Positions 47,884 to 57,619 of a stretch of 64,000 bases of DNA are shown one piece after another. This stretch comes from a virus: IMG/VR virus record IMGVR_UViG_3300046170_000446, positions 32,001 to 96,000 of that record. One strand, given 5' to 3'. Positions within the stretch are counted from its first letter, which is position 1. Every line of letters begins with the position of its first letter. The position numbers were made by a program, and so were the translations under genes. The notes beneath the pieces were generated by a model, which made no database searches, had not been told where the DNA came from, and worked only from the letters and a program-made list of their open reading frames with translations.

Positions 47884-48684
47884 TCACTGAGCCTTAGAGA
47901 TTAGGCTAGAAAACAGCTCTGTGTAAGGGTCTTTAAAACTCTCTAGCTCATCGTTATCCCGTACCTTTTGCCAAAGCGCATCTGAGTCCAAACTCTCATC
48001 CCCATCCATATTCCAGTAATCTATGAGGATCTCTTGCCCTAAAGAAATGTCCTCAGTAGCTATGATCGCGACCTGCTTCCTTTTCGGGAATAGCTTAGCT
48101 AAAGCGTTCACTCCAGGTATGTCCTCAAGCTCAGGCTCAGCGCGGTTGCAGTTATAAAGCACTCCATTACCAAGAGGGATCGCCTTACGCGGAAATACCC
48201 AAGGATAGACGTAATCTATTAGACCACCTTCTACCGTCATCATAAGATAGGCAGACTCCGCAGGAGATATCACTAAGACAGGGCATACCTCAACGATGCT
48301 TCCTTTAGGGATGCTTAAGTTGGCAAACACCCCTCTCCCCTTAAGTCTGTTCATGTAAGAGACTTGGGTCTTTTGGATAATGTAATCAGGCAAGTCCATT
48401 TGATCAAAACTAGACTCTTGTTTAACGCCTAAAAGGAAGTTTTCGAGCTTCTGTAAGAAAACACTCTGAAGATTATTAATGTGGCAAGTCCCTCGGTACA
48501 TCTCGCCAGCGCCTAAGACACCTGACGGGTAGGCAGAGCACATTACAAAGCTATACTCTCCACTCGATTTATAGCTCACAGTGCAATAAGTGTCTTTGAG
48601 CTCTAACTCACATCGGAGAAATTTGTCAGTAGACATCTCTCGGTTAACTTGAGCGTCCATCCCTTTTAAGAATACGGGTAACAT
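47884..48684 (-). CDS. SET-domain protein-lysine methyltransferase-like protein
   Basis: KGRGVFA...IPKGSIVEVCPV, LGNGVLYNC (NHS-equivalent), IIATEDISLGQEILIDY. Confidence 0.8.
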   Translation of the reverse strand: MLPVFLKGMDAQVNREMSTDKFLRCELELKDTYCTVSYKSSGEYSFVMCSAYPSGVLGAGEMYRGTCHINNLQSVFLQKLENFLLGVKQESSFDQMDLPDYIIQKTQVSYMNRLKGRGVFANLSIPKGSIVEVCPVLVISPAESAYLMMTVEGGLIDYVYPWVFPRKAIPLGNGVLYNCNRAEPELEDIPGVNALAKLFPKRKQVAIIATEDISLGQEILIDYWNMDGDESLDSDALWQKVRDNDELESFKDPYTELFSSLISKAQ

Positions 48685-48697
48685 TAGAGACTCCTAA

Positions 48698-49664
48698 TCA
48701 GCTATTCGTGCCGTCAGTGTTGAATACCGCATCCCACCAACAGGCGATATCCCACTTGCCTTTGCCTGAGAAGTCTACATGATGGTGTCCCAAAATACCG
48801 CTATAATCGTTAAGAGCAAAGTCTTTATTGAGAACACCGTGGTGAACCTCGCCTTCCATATCCTCGCCATGCGATCCGCGAGGTGAGCGCATCGGAATGC
48901 AGAACAGCTCGCTTAGTCCTTCTACGAGGTGGCGGGTCGCTTCCGCGATCTTTGGGTCGAGGCTAAGAATATTCTTACGACCTACTGAAGTAGGGTTTTT
49001 AATCTTATGTATCTCGTACCCTTCTTTAGACTGATAGTGGTCATACCAATCATGAGTAGGTTGCTGGCAGATGTCGATACCTATAGAGGTCTTGTTAATA
49101 GGCCCACCATGCCATGCGTTGTGCTCAAGATCGAGCCACTGATAGATTACAGCCTCACCGTCTTCGTTAAGACCGATACCAAAGTGTGAAGACGCATCTC
49201 TTGAAGTGAATACATTATAGCAGTGCTTAGGATTAAGCCCTCCCCAATGGATAACAATGTTGCGGATTTCTTTGCCACTACGAGAAGAAAACTTACCGTA
49301 ACGGTGAAGGTCGAGCCCTCTAGGGTCATCGAAAGGCGTGATCAGCGTCTCAGAGTTAATGTTGAGGCGCTGGCCTCCATATACAACATAATTGTCTGTA
49401 ATCGGGTCATATGTCTTAAGCATATGAGTCCACGTTTGCCGACCAAAGTAGCCGTCTACGCTACCACTGTCAAAATGATCTGTTTGGTACTGGATGATAC
49501 CTTCAAGAAATTCAACGCTGTCGGCGCTATATGCCAAGTTAGGGTAGGCTGAGATCGCCCCTTCAGGGATAACCTTATCGCCCAAACCAAACCTCGCGTA
49601 CATCTTAGCATTAAACTTTTTCGCTTTAGATGCATTAATATTACTTCTGAACAAGTCACTCATT
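48698..49664 (-). CDS. N-acetylmuramoyl-L-alanine amidase (Amidase_2) with a peptidoglycan-binding-like N-terminus; probable endolysin
   Basis: VDGYFGRQT, IVIHW, ASSHFGI, AWHGG..NKTSIGIDIC, ILGHHHV...KWD. Confidence 0.85.
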
Positions 49665-49716
49665 GTGCTCACCTTCCTGCTGTGTTTACAGGCGAGCATT
49701 TATTTAAGGACTATGA

Positions 49717-50142
49717 CTAAGCGTGGATAAACGTCAAATCCTCGCCAAACTCTCTCTTAAGTCTAATGTTGAGTTGGCGCAAGCAAGAGCGAACCTCTCC
49801 TGATGGATGCTTCAGGGCAGGGTTTCTTTGGACTTTACCGAAGCTCAGTTGGAGAGCCACTTTAGTGCCGACCACTTGATCGTTAGTGGCTCTTACCTTT
49901 GATGTAAAGGCGTATTCGTTCTCTAGGGTGTTTACGATGTTCATCACTCTGCGAGCGTTTTGAGTGTAATAGTAAACGTCAATGACCATCTCCCCATCCA
50001 TCCTCTCATAAGAGGTGACAGATACTGCGTCAGCGACATCGTAACCTGCTTGCTGGTTGATTTCTTCGCGTGAGTAGTTTTTTTTGTGTGCCGAAGCTAC
50101 ACGATTAAGCCTGCGTTGCAGGTTCTCGATAGGATCTCTCAT
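49717..50142 (-). CDS. Hypothetical protein with leader IENLQRRLNRVAS
   Basis: RBS AAGGAGG. Confidence 0.65.
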   Translation of the reverse strand: MRDPIENLQRRLNRVASAHKKNYSREEINQQAGYDVADAVSVTSYERMDGEMVIDVYYYTQNARRVMNIVNTLENEYAFTSKVRATNDQVVGTKVALQLSFGKVQRNPALKHPSGEVRSCLRQLNIRLKREFGEDLTFIHA

Positions 50143-50210
50143 TTTGACCTCCTTATGAGTAGTTACACTCCGATGGGGAAGATAAAGAGCATATTGATTT
50201 TTAAGCCTCC

Positions 50211-50829
50211 CTAGCCCCTTTCCTCGTACAGTTTAGAAGCAAGCGTCTCTAGTGAGGAAATAATGTCAATCAATCTCTCAGGAGAGCGGGCGCTGACTTT
50301 ACCGACAGCTAGGGGATTAACAAAAACGCGGTTTTCTTCAGGCGTTAAAAAAGTGAGGGCGATTGAGCCTAAGTTAAGTGCCAACTGCCCATGCTTCCTT
50401 GTCGCATACCCTGCATTTTGACCGTATCTACTAAATAGGAGCGCACTGAAAACCCCCCCTGGCATTTAACCCTTCAACTTCTTTTTGCCTACGCCCTAAA
50501 GACATCTCTACCTCTCCGCCTCCTACAGATTTGAGGAGTCGGTTTAGGGCATCTAAGTTGTCCATTAAACTGTTAAAATTAGATGTGGAGAACGGCTTAA
50601 GGCTGAGCTTAGCTACGAATGACCCACTTTCTTTAACTACTGAAAATTGGAACAAAGGGTGTCGGATAAAAACCGCTACCTTTGGAGGTCTTCCCTTTTG
50701 CTCATAAACATTAGCGTGGCTAAACTTGTCCTCTGCTAAAGTTAAAAACTTGCCCATAGACAAGTACCTGTCTTCTAAGTGCGCCAGCTTCATTTGGAGA
50801 GAGTGGACTTTTGCGTTGAGGTCTTTCAA
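50211..50829 (-). CDS. Hypothetical protein(s) with leader KVHSLQMKLAHLE; overlapping ORFs 50431-50829 and 50211-50465
   Basis: Two overlapping ORFs of similar style; may be a single gene with another indel. Confidence 0.45.
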
Positions 50830-50882
50830 GACAATGCCTTCCTTACATAAGTGTGTATACGCCCATGTAATATATAAGGCTA

Positions 50883-51497
50883 TTAGTCTTCCTCAGCCCC
50901 CAAAGTTTCTGAGTCACTTTCCTCAACGACCTCTTCCTCAGCCTCCAAAGGCTCTGAGTCATCTCCCTCGATGAGCTCTACTTCAGCCTCTTCTTTTGAA
51001 GCGAGATACTCCTCAAACCCAAAACGGTCGTTTATAAAGTCCCACACTTTGCTGTTCTGAGGCTCATACAGGTCATTACCAAGCTCATGGTAAGCCTCCG
51101 TGAAAGATTGAAAAGTGAGCTCGTCGCTGACACTGAGCCAGTGAGACACATTCTTAGCTTCATTAGAGATGTCTTGGATCGGTGTGTTTTGATACTTTAC
51201 AGCATACACAGCACAAGCCTCATCCTTGTCAATCGCCACACCCTCTTCACCATAAATCCCAGCGAACAGAGGCGACCACACACCCGTGGAGTAATCTGAG
51301 TGCAGGTAGTTGGCTACGTGGCAACGCCAAAAGTCTACTTGTGGTAACATTAGATCTCTCATTTGAGACATTAAGTCCCTGGCGATCTTATTTCGATTGC
51401 GCACTTTTCGACCGAGTTTTGATTGTGCTTTACGAGCACCTCTCTTACGTTGGTTACGTAGCTCTGAAGCTCTCTTCTTATGACTCTTCTTCTTCAT
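50883..51497 (-). CDS. Hypothetical protein with basic N-terminus and acidic C-terminus
   Basis: 204-aa ORF. Confidence 0.6.
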   Translation of the reverse strand: MKKKSHKKRASELRNQRKRGARKAQSKLGRKVRNRNKIARDLMSQMRDLMLPQVDFWRCHVANYLHSDYSTGVWSPLFAGIYGEEGVAIDKDEACAVYAVKYQNTPIQDISNEAKNVSHWLSVSDELTFQSFTEAYHELGNDLYEPQNSKVWDFINDRFGFEEYLASKEEAEVELIEGDDSEPLEAEEEVVEESDSETLGAEED

Positions 51498-51512
51498 GTA
51501 GGTTTAACCCTT

Positions 51513-52880
51513 ATGGCGATATTCGACAACCCCTCAAGAGAAATACTCAAAGGCGCGGAAGTAGTGGCTAAACTTATATCTCTTTCTTATGGGGCGCAAC
51601 AAAATAATATCCTCTTACAGCGCCGATCAGGGCTCACACACACTTTCTCAGCCCTCGCCATTTGTAATGAGGTCAGACTCGAAAACTCGTTGATGGAGAT
51701 CGGAGTCCGTTTGATGAGAGACGTGTGTTTGAAGATGGACTCTAATCACGGAGACGGCGCTTCAACTGCGATCCTCATGGCTTACCGAGGCATGGCGGAG
51801 AGCACTCGTCTAATGGGAGACGTTGCAATCAAGCATGAAGAAGTCGAGGCTTCTATCCGATGCCTCAAGAGCACCGCTAATGTTAAGGACTTGCTTAATG
51901 TAGTATCTGAGCCTGAGGCAACACCTTTATTATTAGAGGCTCTGCAAGAAATAGGTGAGGACGGGACTATCCTTATTCAAGACGGGCAAAAGGTAGAGGC
52001 GACGCTAGAGTTTAAAGAGGGTATGCCAGCCCCCTTCAAGCGCCCTAATACGAAGTTTAAAGATGAGATGCTTGAGGGAGCTATGGTTGCGGTCTTTAAC
52101 TACCCTCTCTGTGACGAGAGGGACATCGTGCCTGTACTTGAGGAGAGTAGCCAATGGCCTGACAACCCCTTGATCATATTTACTCCCTACATAGTGGGAG
52201 ATGCGCTCAGGATATGCTTGTCTAATCAAGACAGTATTCCTAACATTGCGCTTGTCCCTGCTAAGGTTAAGCCTAATCAGGTAGAGTCTCACCTAAAAGA
52301 CCTTGCGTCATGCGCCAACGGGTCTTTTATTTGCAGAAACCACATGGACACCAAACAGTTTGACCCTTCGTGGTTTGGTTTCTTCCGTAAAATAGACTTC
52401 AAAGAAGACTCCCTTGAGATTACGTTTTACAATGAAGAGGAATACGTCGAAGCGAGAGACAAGCGCATCTCAGAGCTAGAGGGTGAGCTGGTCATAGCAC
52501 CTACTAACTACGATCAGAGAGAGATTAGGAAACGTATCTCATATCTTGACGAGGGAGTTGCGGTAATAGGTGTCGGCGGGCATACCGAGTTAGAGAGGAA
52601 AGTTAACCGAGCTAAATACGAGAAATGGGTGCTCACAGCTCAATCTGCTTCAGGCGGGGTGGTCGGTGATATTAAAAGCTCCCTACAAACTCTCTCAGAA
52701 GACTGTTTAAACGTAACATTAAAGAAAATGCTCTTAGAGCCTTCTAAACTCCTAGAGGGCGGTCAGAACCCTCTAAGTTTGAGCGCACTAAGTGATGCGA
52801 TTAGAGTCTCTGCATCAGTCGTCAACGAGTACGCTAAAATCAAAAAAGCGGTCACTATTCCCGCTCGAAAGGGTAAATGA
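51513..52880 (+). CDS. groEL: Divergent GroEL-like chaperonin
   Basis: ILKGAEVVA....SYG, HGDGASTA, IGEDGTILIQDG, FKEGM, LKDLA, KRISYL.EGVAVIGVGG.TE.E. Confidence 0.8.
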   Translation: MAIFDNPSREILKGAEVVAKLISLSYGAQQNNILLQRRSGLTHTFSALAICNEVRLENSLMEIGVRLMRDVCLKMDSNHGDGASTAILMAYRGMAESTRLMGDVAIKHEEVEASIRCLKSTANVKDLLNVVSEPEATPLLLEALQEIGEDGTILIQDGQKVEATLEFKEGMPAPFKRPNTKFKDEMLEGAMVAVFNYPLCDERDIVPVLEESSQWPDNPLIIFTPYIVGDALRICLSNQDSIPNIALVPAKVKPNQVESHLKDLASCANGSFICRNHMDTKQFDPSWFGFFRKIDFKEDSLEITFYNEEEYVEARDKRISELEGELVIAPTNYDQREIRKRISYLDEGVAVIGVGGHTELERKVNRAKYEKWVLTAQSASGGVVGDIKSSLQTLSEDCLNVTLKKMLLEPSKLLEGGQNPLSLSALSDAIRVSASVVNEYAKIKKAVTIPARKGK

Positions 52881-52881
52881 T

Positions 52882-53223
52882 ATGTCCGATACGGATAGAG
52901 ATAAAGCTCTTAGGCTCATTGAAGCTGTCGGAGTTTTCACAACACTTATTATTGCTAGTAGGGTCATCCCTGAAGAAGAAATGCCTAAAGCAGTCCTAGA
53001 CTGCGCTTACCTGCTTCAAGTCATAGACTTAATGCTCACAGGAGACACCCATGAGAGAGACATCACAAAAGACCTTACGTGGGTGTATCAGGCTCTCAAC
53101 AAGAGGGTTAAGATACCTTTATCAAGCTCTAGTAGCTATTTAATAGTAGACTTAAACAAGGAAAAGACCATTGATTTTATTGGAAGTGTTAAAGATGTGT
53201 GGGAAAAAACTAAAGAGTTGTAA
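52882..53223 (+). CDS. Hypothetical protein
   Basis: Start MSDTD follows the groEL stop. Confidence 0.5.
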   Translation: MSDTDRDKALRLIEAVGVFTTLIIASRVIPEEEMPKAVLDCAYLLQVIDLMLTGDTHERDITKDLTWVYQALNKRVKIPLSSSSSYLIVDLNKEKTIDFIGSVKDVWEKTKEL

Positions 53224-53392
53224 AAAAACCGACAAGGTTAAAAGTATTATGCTGTTTTCATGGGCAAAAGCGGCTCGTGACTTTAAAAGGTCTATCTCCG
53301 ATGGTGCTAGTAAAGAAGACCTCTACCGAGAAGCGTATTGGAGAGGAGTGCAGGACGCGCTCTCTCTTAGTGAGTCAAAGTCTTGCGAGTAA
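53171..53392 (+). CDS. Hypothetical protein
   Basis: Short ORF with AYWRGVQDAL. Confidence 0.45.
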   Translation: MILLEVLKMCGKKLKSCKKTDKVKSIMLFSWAKAARDFKRSISDGASKEDLYREAYWRGVQDALSLSESKSCE

Positions 53393-53815
53393 GGTCTTTT
53401 AGCGTCAACGATCCGCATTGGGGGCGCTTTAAGTTAGTTATCCCTAAGCACACAGAAGAAGGCGGTGCTTGGGGCGACCTTTACCCTTTAAAGGACACTG
53501 AGTTAGGGGCTTTAATACGAGAGCATCCTCAAGATATTATTGAGAAGGCTCATTTCGGCTTCGCTAGTCCTTTGCTTGAGAGATTAGGCAGACCGCCTAC
53601 GGCTTACGGTAAAGGGCTCTCTCAGCCTTACTTGTGCAATATGCACACCTCCTGCCTGTCTTATGACAAGAAGAAATGCCGTATCGTTAAAGGCACTCCT
53701 GATTGCTATGAAGCGCCTCCCCAGGGTCGGTGCTTCTGAGGCTTATCAATCCTGTGCAACCTTCGTCATTAACAAGTGGGCTGAGGGCTCTTACGTCATA
53801 GTTGTCAAAGATTAA
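53383..53815 (+). CDS. Cys-containing hypothetical protein; extra C at 53719-53722
   Basis: Removing one C extends the ORF to ...KWAEGSYVIVVKD* at 53815. Confidence 0.5.
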
Positions 53816-53872
53816 GAGAGGTTTTCTGATTATATCTCCGTAACTGTAGTGCCAAGACTACAGGAGGTAAAA

Positions 53873-54067
53873 ATGGAAAACCGAAACGCTAGGGAATGTG
53901 CTGTTTTCTTTCTTGAGCTTGCGCTAGAGCTTTTAAGAGAGGGGCGCGGAGGCTCTCAAGTTAGAAGAGTTGTCCGTAATGCTTACGTATATCTTCAAGA
54001 CTGCGCACCTAAAATCGAAGGCGACCTTGAGAGGCTGTACGTCACCGATAATTTTGAGGCAGATTGA
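53873..54067 (+). CDS. Hypothetical protein
   Basis: RBS AGGAGG before MENR. Confidence 0.55.
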   Translation: MENRNARECAVFFLELALELLREGRGGSQVRRVVRNAYVYLQDCAPKIEGDLERLYVTDNFEAD

Positions 54068-54121
54068 CCAGCGCATAGTGTATTAAAGGCATACCCACAT
54101 CACCTATGAAGGGAGTGCCTT

Positions 54122-56863
54122 TTGTCTGTCTTAGACTTTTTGGAGAACGTAAATAAGATCGAGCTCGACCTCCATCCTTGGATGAAAGAGAAAGAGTTCG
54201 TGCTCGCCACTGACGAGAATATGCCTCAAATCATTGACGAGTGTATTGAGTCAAAGCTCTATTCTCTCGACCTTGAAACCACAGGACTTAATAATAACGT
54301 CTTTGACGGAGAGACTGTCGATAAGATTGTCGGCGCTTGCATCTCTGCCGATGGCCATACGGGCTACTACATTCCTTTAAGGCATAAAGTAAACCGAGAG
54401 TCGAACGTGTCATGGAGCCTCTTTAAACGAGAGATGGTCAGGTTGGTAGAGAGTGATGCAGTCGCGATCTTCCACAACGGGAAGTTTGATCAGGAGTTTT
54501 TACAGTTTTGCGGAGGCGAACCTATCGGTGAGTGGGATAACTCTAAGAAATGGCACGACACCCTAATCATTCAGTACCTCCTCGACTCTCGGACAAAAAA
54601 TAAAAGCCTAAAGGTGCTCTCAAAGCTAGAGCTTGGGATGGAGATGTTCGAGCTAGGTGAGCTATACCCAAAGCCAAGAAGAGGTGAGCCTAAGCCCGTT
54701 AAGGACTTCTCTAAGCTCGATCCTCAAGATCGTAATACCCTCTACTACGCTGGTGCTGACGCAATCTGCACTTTCTTACTCTTTAAGAAGCTCTACGCTA
54801 GGCTTACCGAGTCGGACACCCCTCAAAAGTTTATCTATCAGCTAGAGAAAGATGTGATCACAGCAACAAGGTGGATGGAGCGCAACCGTATAATGATCTC
54901 AGAGGAGAAAGTCACTGAGCTTATACGGCTAGGGCAGAGGGAGTGGCTTAACAGCATTACAGAGCTTTACGAGGGTGCTAACGATCTCTTGGGTCGCGAC
55001 GTAAGGGCTGGATACATTAAGCTCTTACAAGGCGAGACTCCTGATGGTCGGAGAAGAGGAGTTAATCCTAGGGTAGATTTCAGCTTCGACCCTGAAGATG
55101 TAGGGCTCACTTTAAAGAAGAAACTTGAGCTAGCTAGAGGTGAAAGCTCTGCCTGTCTTTTAGACCCAATGCTTAAGGTTGACGGCAAGTATAAAGTTGA
55201 AACCGTTATGAAGCGCGTGTCCTCGCTCACTCAAAGAGGCGCTATGGTCGATAAAGACTTCCCTCTTGTTTATGATCTAAACAGCGCAGAGCAGTTGGGA
55301 CTCATGCTCCATGAGCTAGGAGTTAAGGGCTTACAGGTGACTGAAAAGTCAGGTCAGATTAAAACCTCAAAGGATGAGATTAACGCTGTGCTAGAGAAGG
55401 GGCTTAAAGACTTCCCTTTCCTCTCTAAGATTAAAAACTTTAGAGAGGTATCGAAAGCATTAGGCACGTATCTCATGGCGCTCTACAACGACCGCCACCC
55501 CGATGGGTCTGTAACCGCTAACTTCAACTCTACCCGCGCAGATACAGGGCGCTTTACAGCCAAGTCATCGAAAGACCCTTCTCAAGACGGGCGCACTACT
55601 TTCCCGTTTCACGGAACACCTGCGCAATACAAGAAAGATATACCTGAATGTCTTAAGCGTATCCGCGAATGCATCATAGCCCGCGAAGGTAAGATTATGG
55701 CGGCTATTGACTACGCAGGTGTCGAGCTCCGTATCGTAACTAATATCTCACATGAGCCTAAATGGTTGCGAGAATACTTTAGGTGTTCTTCATGCGATAA
55801 CACCTTTGAAGCTGGTGATGGGAAGAGCACCCCTGAAGAGCCTCCTGCGTTTTGCCCTGAATGCGGTAGCGATAAGATTGGCGATCTCCACACTCTAACC
55901 TCTATCGCCTTGTACGGCGAGACTGACGGTAAGCGTAAAGATAAGCGCCAAGTCGCTAAGTCAGTCAACTTTGCTCTTTGCTATGGAGGGAGCGGTAAAG
56001 CTGTAACGAGAACCACGGGCGTTGAAGAAAACGAGGGGGCTCGTATCAAAAACCAGTTCGACTCCACTTATAAGACCTTAAAAGGTTGGTGGGACGTGCA
56101 GAGAGCTTTCGCTCGTAAGACAGGATATGTCTTAACACCTTTCGGTCGTAAGTATCCTGTACCTGACATCCTCTTACCCAGGCGGGATAAAGAGACAGGG
56201 CGCAGTAATGGAATGTTCATTAGCAAAGCGGAGCGCAACGCAGTTAACGGCCCGATACAAGGTGCTTCGGCTGACATTACCAAAATCGCTATGGCGCTCA
56301 TTTATAAGAAAGTCAAAGCTAAAGGATGGTTCGGCAAGCTCAATATGCTCATCACCATGCACGATGAGCTTGTCTTTGAGATCGACAAGGATATTTTGCA
56401 AGAAGCACTCGACATGATCTCCAAAGCGATGGTGCGAAACAAAGCTATTATAGCGCTAAAGTGGGACGTTCCGCTAAAGGTGGACGTGGAGCTAGGTGTC
56501 GATTGGACAGCGCCTTGGAACGTATCTGAGTATCAATATGGTATGGCTGAAGCACCTGCTGAGATTAAGCCATACATTAACCTTGAGGGTGTTGAGATTA
56601 AGACACAGGCTGAAGAGCCTGAAGCACCAAAACAAGAAACAGAGATTTACACGTTGAGCTTAAAGGAAGCAGATTTTTCTTTTGGCGGTGCTAACAAGCT
56701 CGCTGAGAGTCTAATCTCAGCACTTGATCAAAACGGCTCTCCCGTGAAAGTGCTTTACAAAGAGGTTGATTGCACCGCGTTGCTACTTGACGTTATTAGA
56801 GGGAACGGACATTCTCTAGACTCGATTAAGGTTGACCCTAACAAGTTTGTAATGTCTCCGTGA
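54122..56863 (+). CDS. polA: Family A DNA polymerase with 3'-5' exonuclease and a Zn-ribbon insert
   Basis: DLETTGL, HNGKFD, YAGADA; DTGRF; motif A DYAGVELR; motif B RQVAKSVNFALCYG; NGPIQG..AD; motif C MHDEL. Confidence 0.93.
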   Translation: MSVLDFLENVNKIELDLHPWMKEKEFVLATDENMPQIIDECIESKLYSLDLETTGLNNNVFDGETVDKIVGACISADGHTGYYIPLRHKVNRESNVSWSLFKREMVRLVESDAVAIFHNGKFDQEFLQFCGGEPIGEWDNSKKWHDTLIIQYLLDSRTKNKSLKVLSKLELGMEMFELGELYPKPRRGEPKPVKDFSKLDPQDRNTLYYAGADAICTFLLFKKLYARLTESDTPQKFIYQLEKDVITATRWMERNRIMISEEKVTELIRLGQREWLNSITELYEGANDLLGRDVRAGYIKLLQGETPDGRRRGVNPRVDFSFDPEDVGLTLKKKLELARGESSACLLDPMLKVDGKYKVETVMKRVSSLTQRGAMVDKDFPLVYDLNSAEQLGLMLHELGVKGLQVTEKSGQIKTSKDEINAVLEKGLKDFPFLSKIKNFREVSKALGTYLMALYNDRHPDGSVTANFNSTRADTGRFTAKSSKDPSQDGRTTFPFHGTPAQYKKDIPECLKRIRECIIAREGKIMAAIDYAGVELRIVTNISHEPKWLREYFRCSSCDNTFEAGDGKSTPEEPPAFCPECGSDKIGDLHTLTSIALYGETDGKRKDKRQVAKSVNFALCYGGSGKAVTRTTGVEENEGARIKNQFDSTYKTLKGWWDVQRAFARKTGYVLTPFGRKYPVPDILLPRRDKETGRSNGMFISKAERNAVNGPIQGASADITKIAMALIYKKVKAKGWFGKLNMLITMHDELVFEIDKDILQEALDMISKAMVRNKAIIALKWDVPLKVDVELGVDWTAPWNVSEYQYGMAEAPAEIKPYINLEGVEIKTQAEEPEAPKQETEIYTLSLKEADFSFGGANKLAESLISALDQNGSPVKVLYKEVDCTALLLDVIRGNGHSLDSIKVDPNKFVMSP

Positions 56864-56873
56864 AAGCCCTAAT

Positions 56874-57569
56874 ATGAAAACAGATTATCTCTCGCAGTGT
56901 AATGACCAAGGACTCTCTGAAAAGGATTTTAAGACTCTCTTTTGTCGGAGGTGTCGTAACCAGTCTTGTAACCTCTCAAGATGGGGGGAGAGCAGATGGA
57001 AGAGTCGTATGGACACCCAAGTAGAGCACTTGCTAGAGCGCCCTCTGTTCGCTGATCCTAACGACTCTAACTTCGAGAGCCTCAGACGTATAGAATTTGA
57101 GTCTCTGCTTCACAAAGCCGAGGCTCTTATCGTTTCTGACCTAAAAGGGGATTGGGATGTGCCTGCTTACTTCAAAACAGAGCAAGTACATCTCGCGGAG
57201 GTCGCTCCTCAAGAGACAAAAGAAGGCTCGCTCTCTAAAGTAGAGGAAGCTCTTAGGGCAATGCGCAATAAAGGCTCTAACATTATAGACAAGAAACCTG
57301 AGCCCATACCACCTCCTTCGATAGACGAGGGCGAGATCGAAGAAGAGCCTAATGTCGAGCCTCAACCTGAGCGCGAAGAGCCTCCTATAGCAGTAGCGCC
57401 CGCGCCCATACCAGCGCCCGTACCCGCGAGCCCCCCCGCGCCTGCGCAAGCGAGTAAGAGAAAAGGTCTAATGATCGGCGGAGGTCAAGAGTCATCTCCT
57501 CCTCAAAACGATTGGGGAGTGCCTCAAGAGAAAGTCGTAAAATTCGGCGCTAAGATAAAGTTTAGCTAA
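56874..57569 (+). CDS. Hypothetical protein with CxxCxNxxC and a Pro-rich linker
   Basis: FCRRCRNQSC; PAP repeats. Confidence 0.6.
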   Translation: MKTDYLSQCNDQGLSEKDFKTLFCRRCRNQSCNLSRWGESRWKSRMDTQVEHLLERPLFADPNDSNFESLRRIEFESLLHKAEALIVSDLKGDWDVPAYFKTEQVHLAEVAPQETKEGSLSKVEEALRAMRNKGSNIIDKKPEPIPPPSIDEGEIEEEPNVEPQPEREEPPIAVAPAPIPAPVPASPPAPAQASKRKGLMIGGGQESSPPQNDWGVPQEKVVKFGAKIKFS

Positions 57570-57619
57570 GTATCTTGTGGGATAGGGTATATGAGGTAAC
57601 CGCAGGAAAGGAGCAAACG

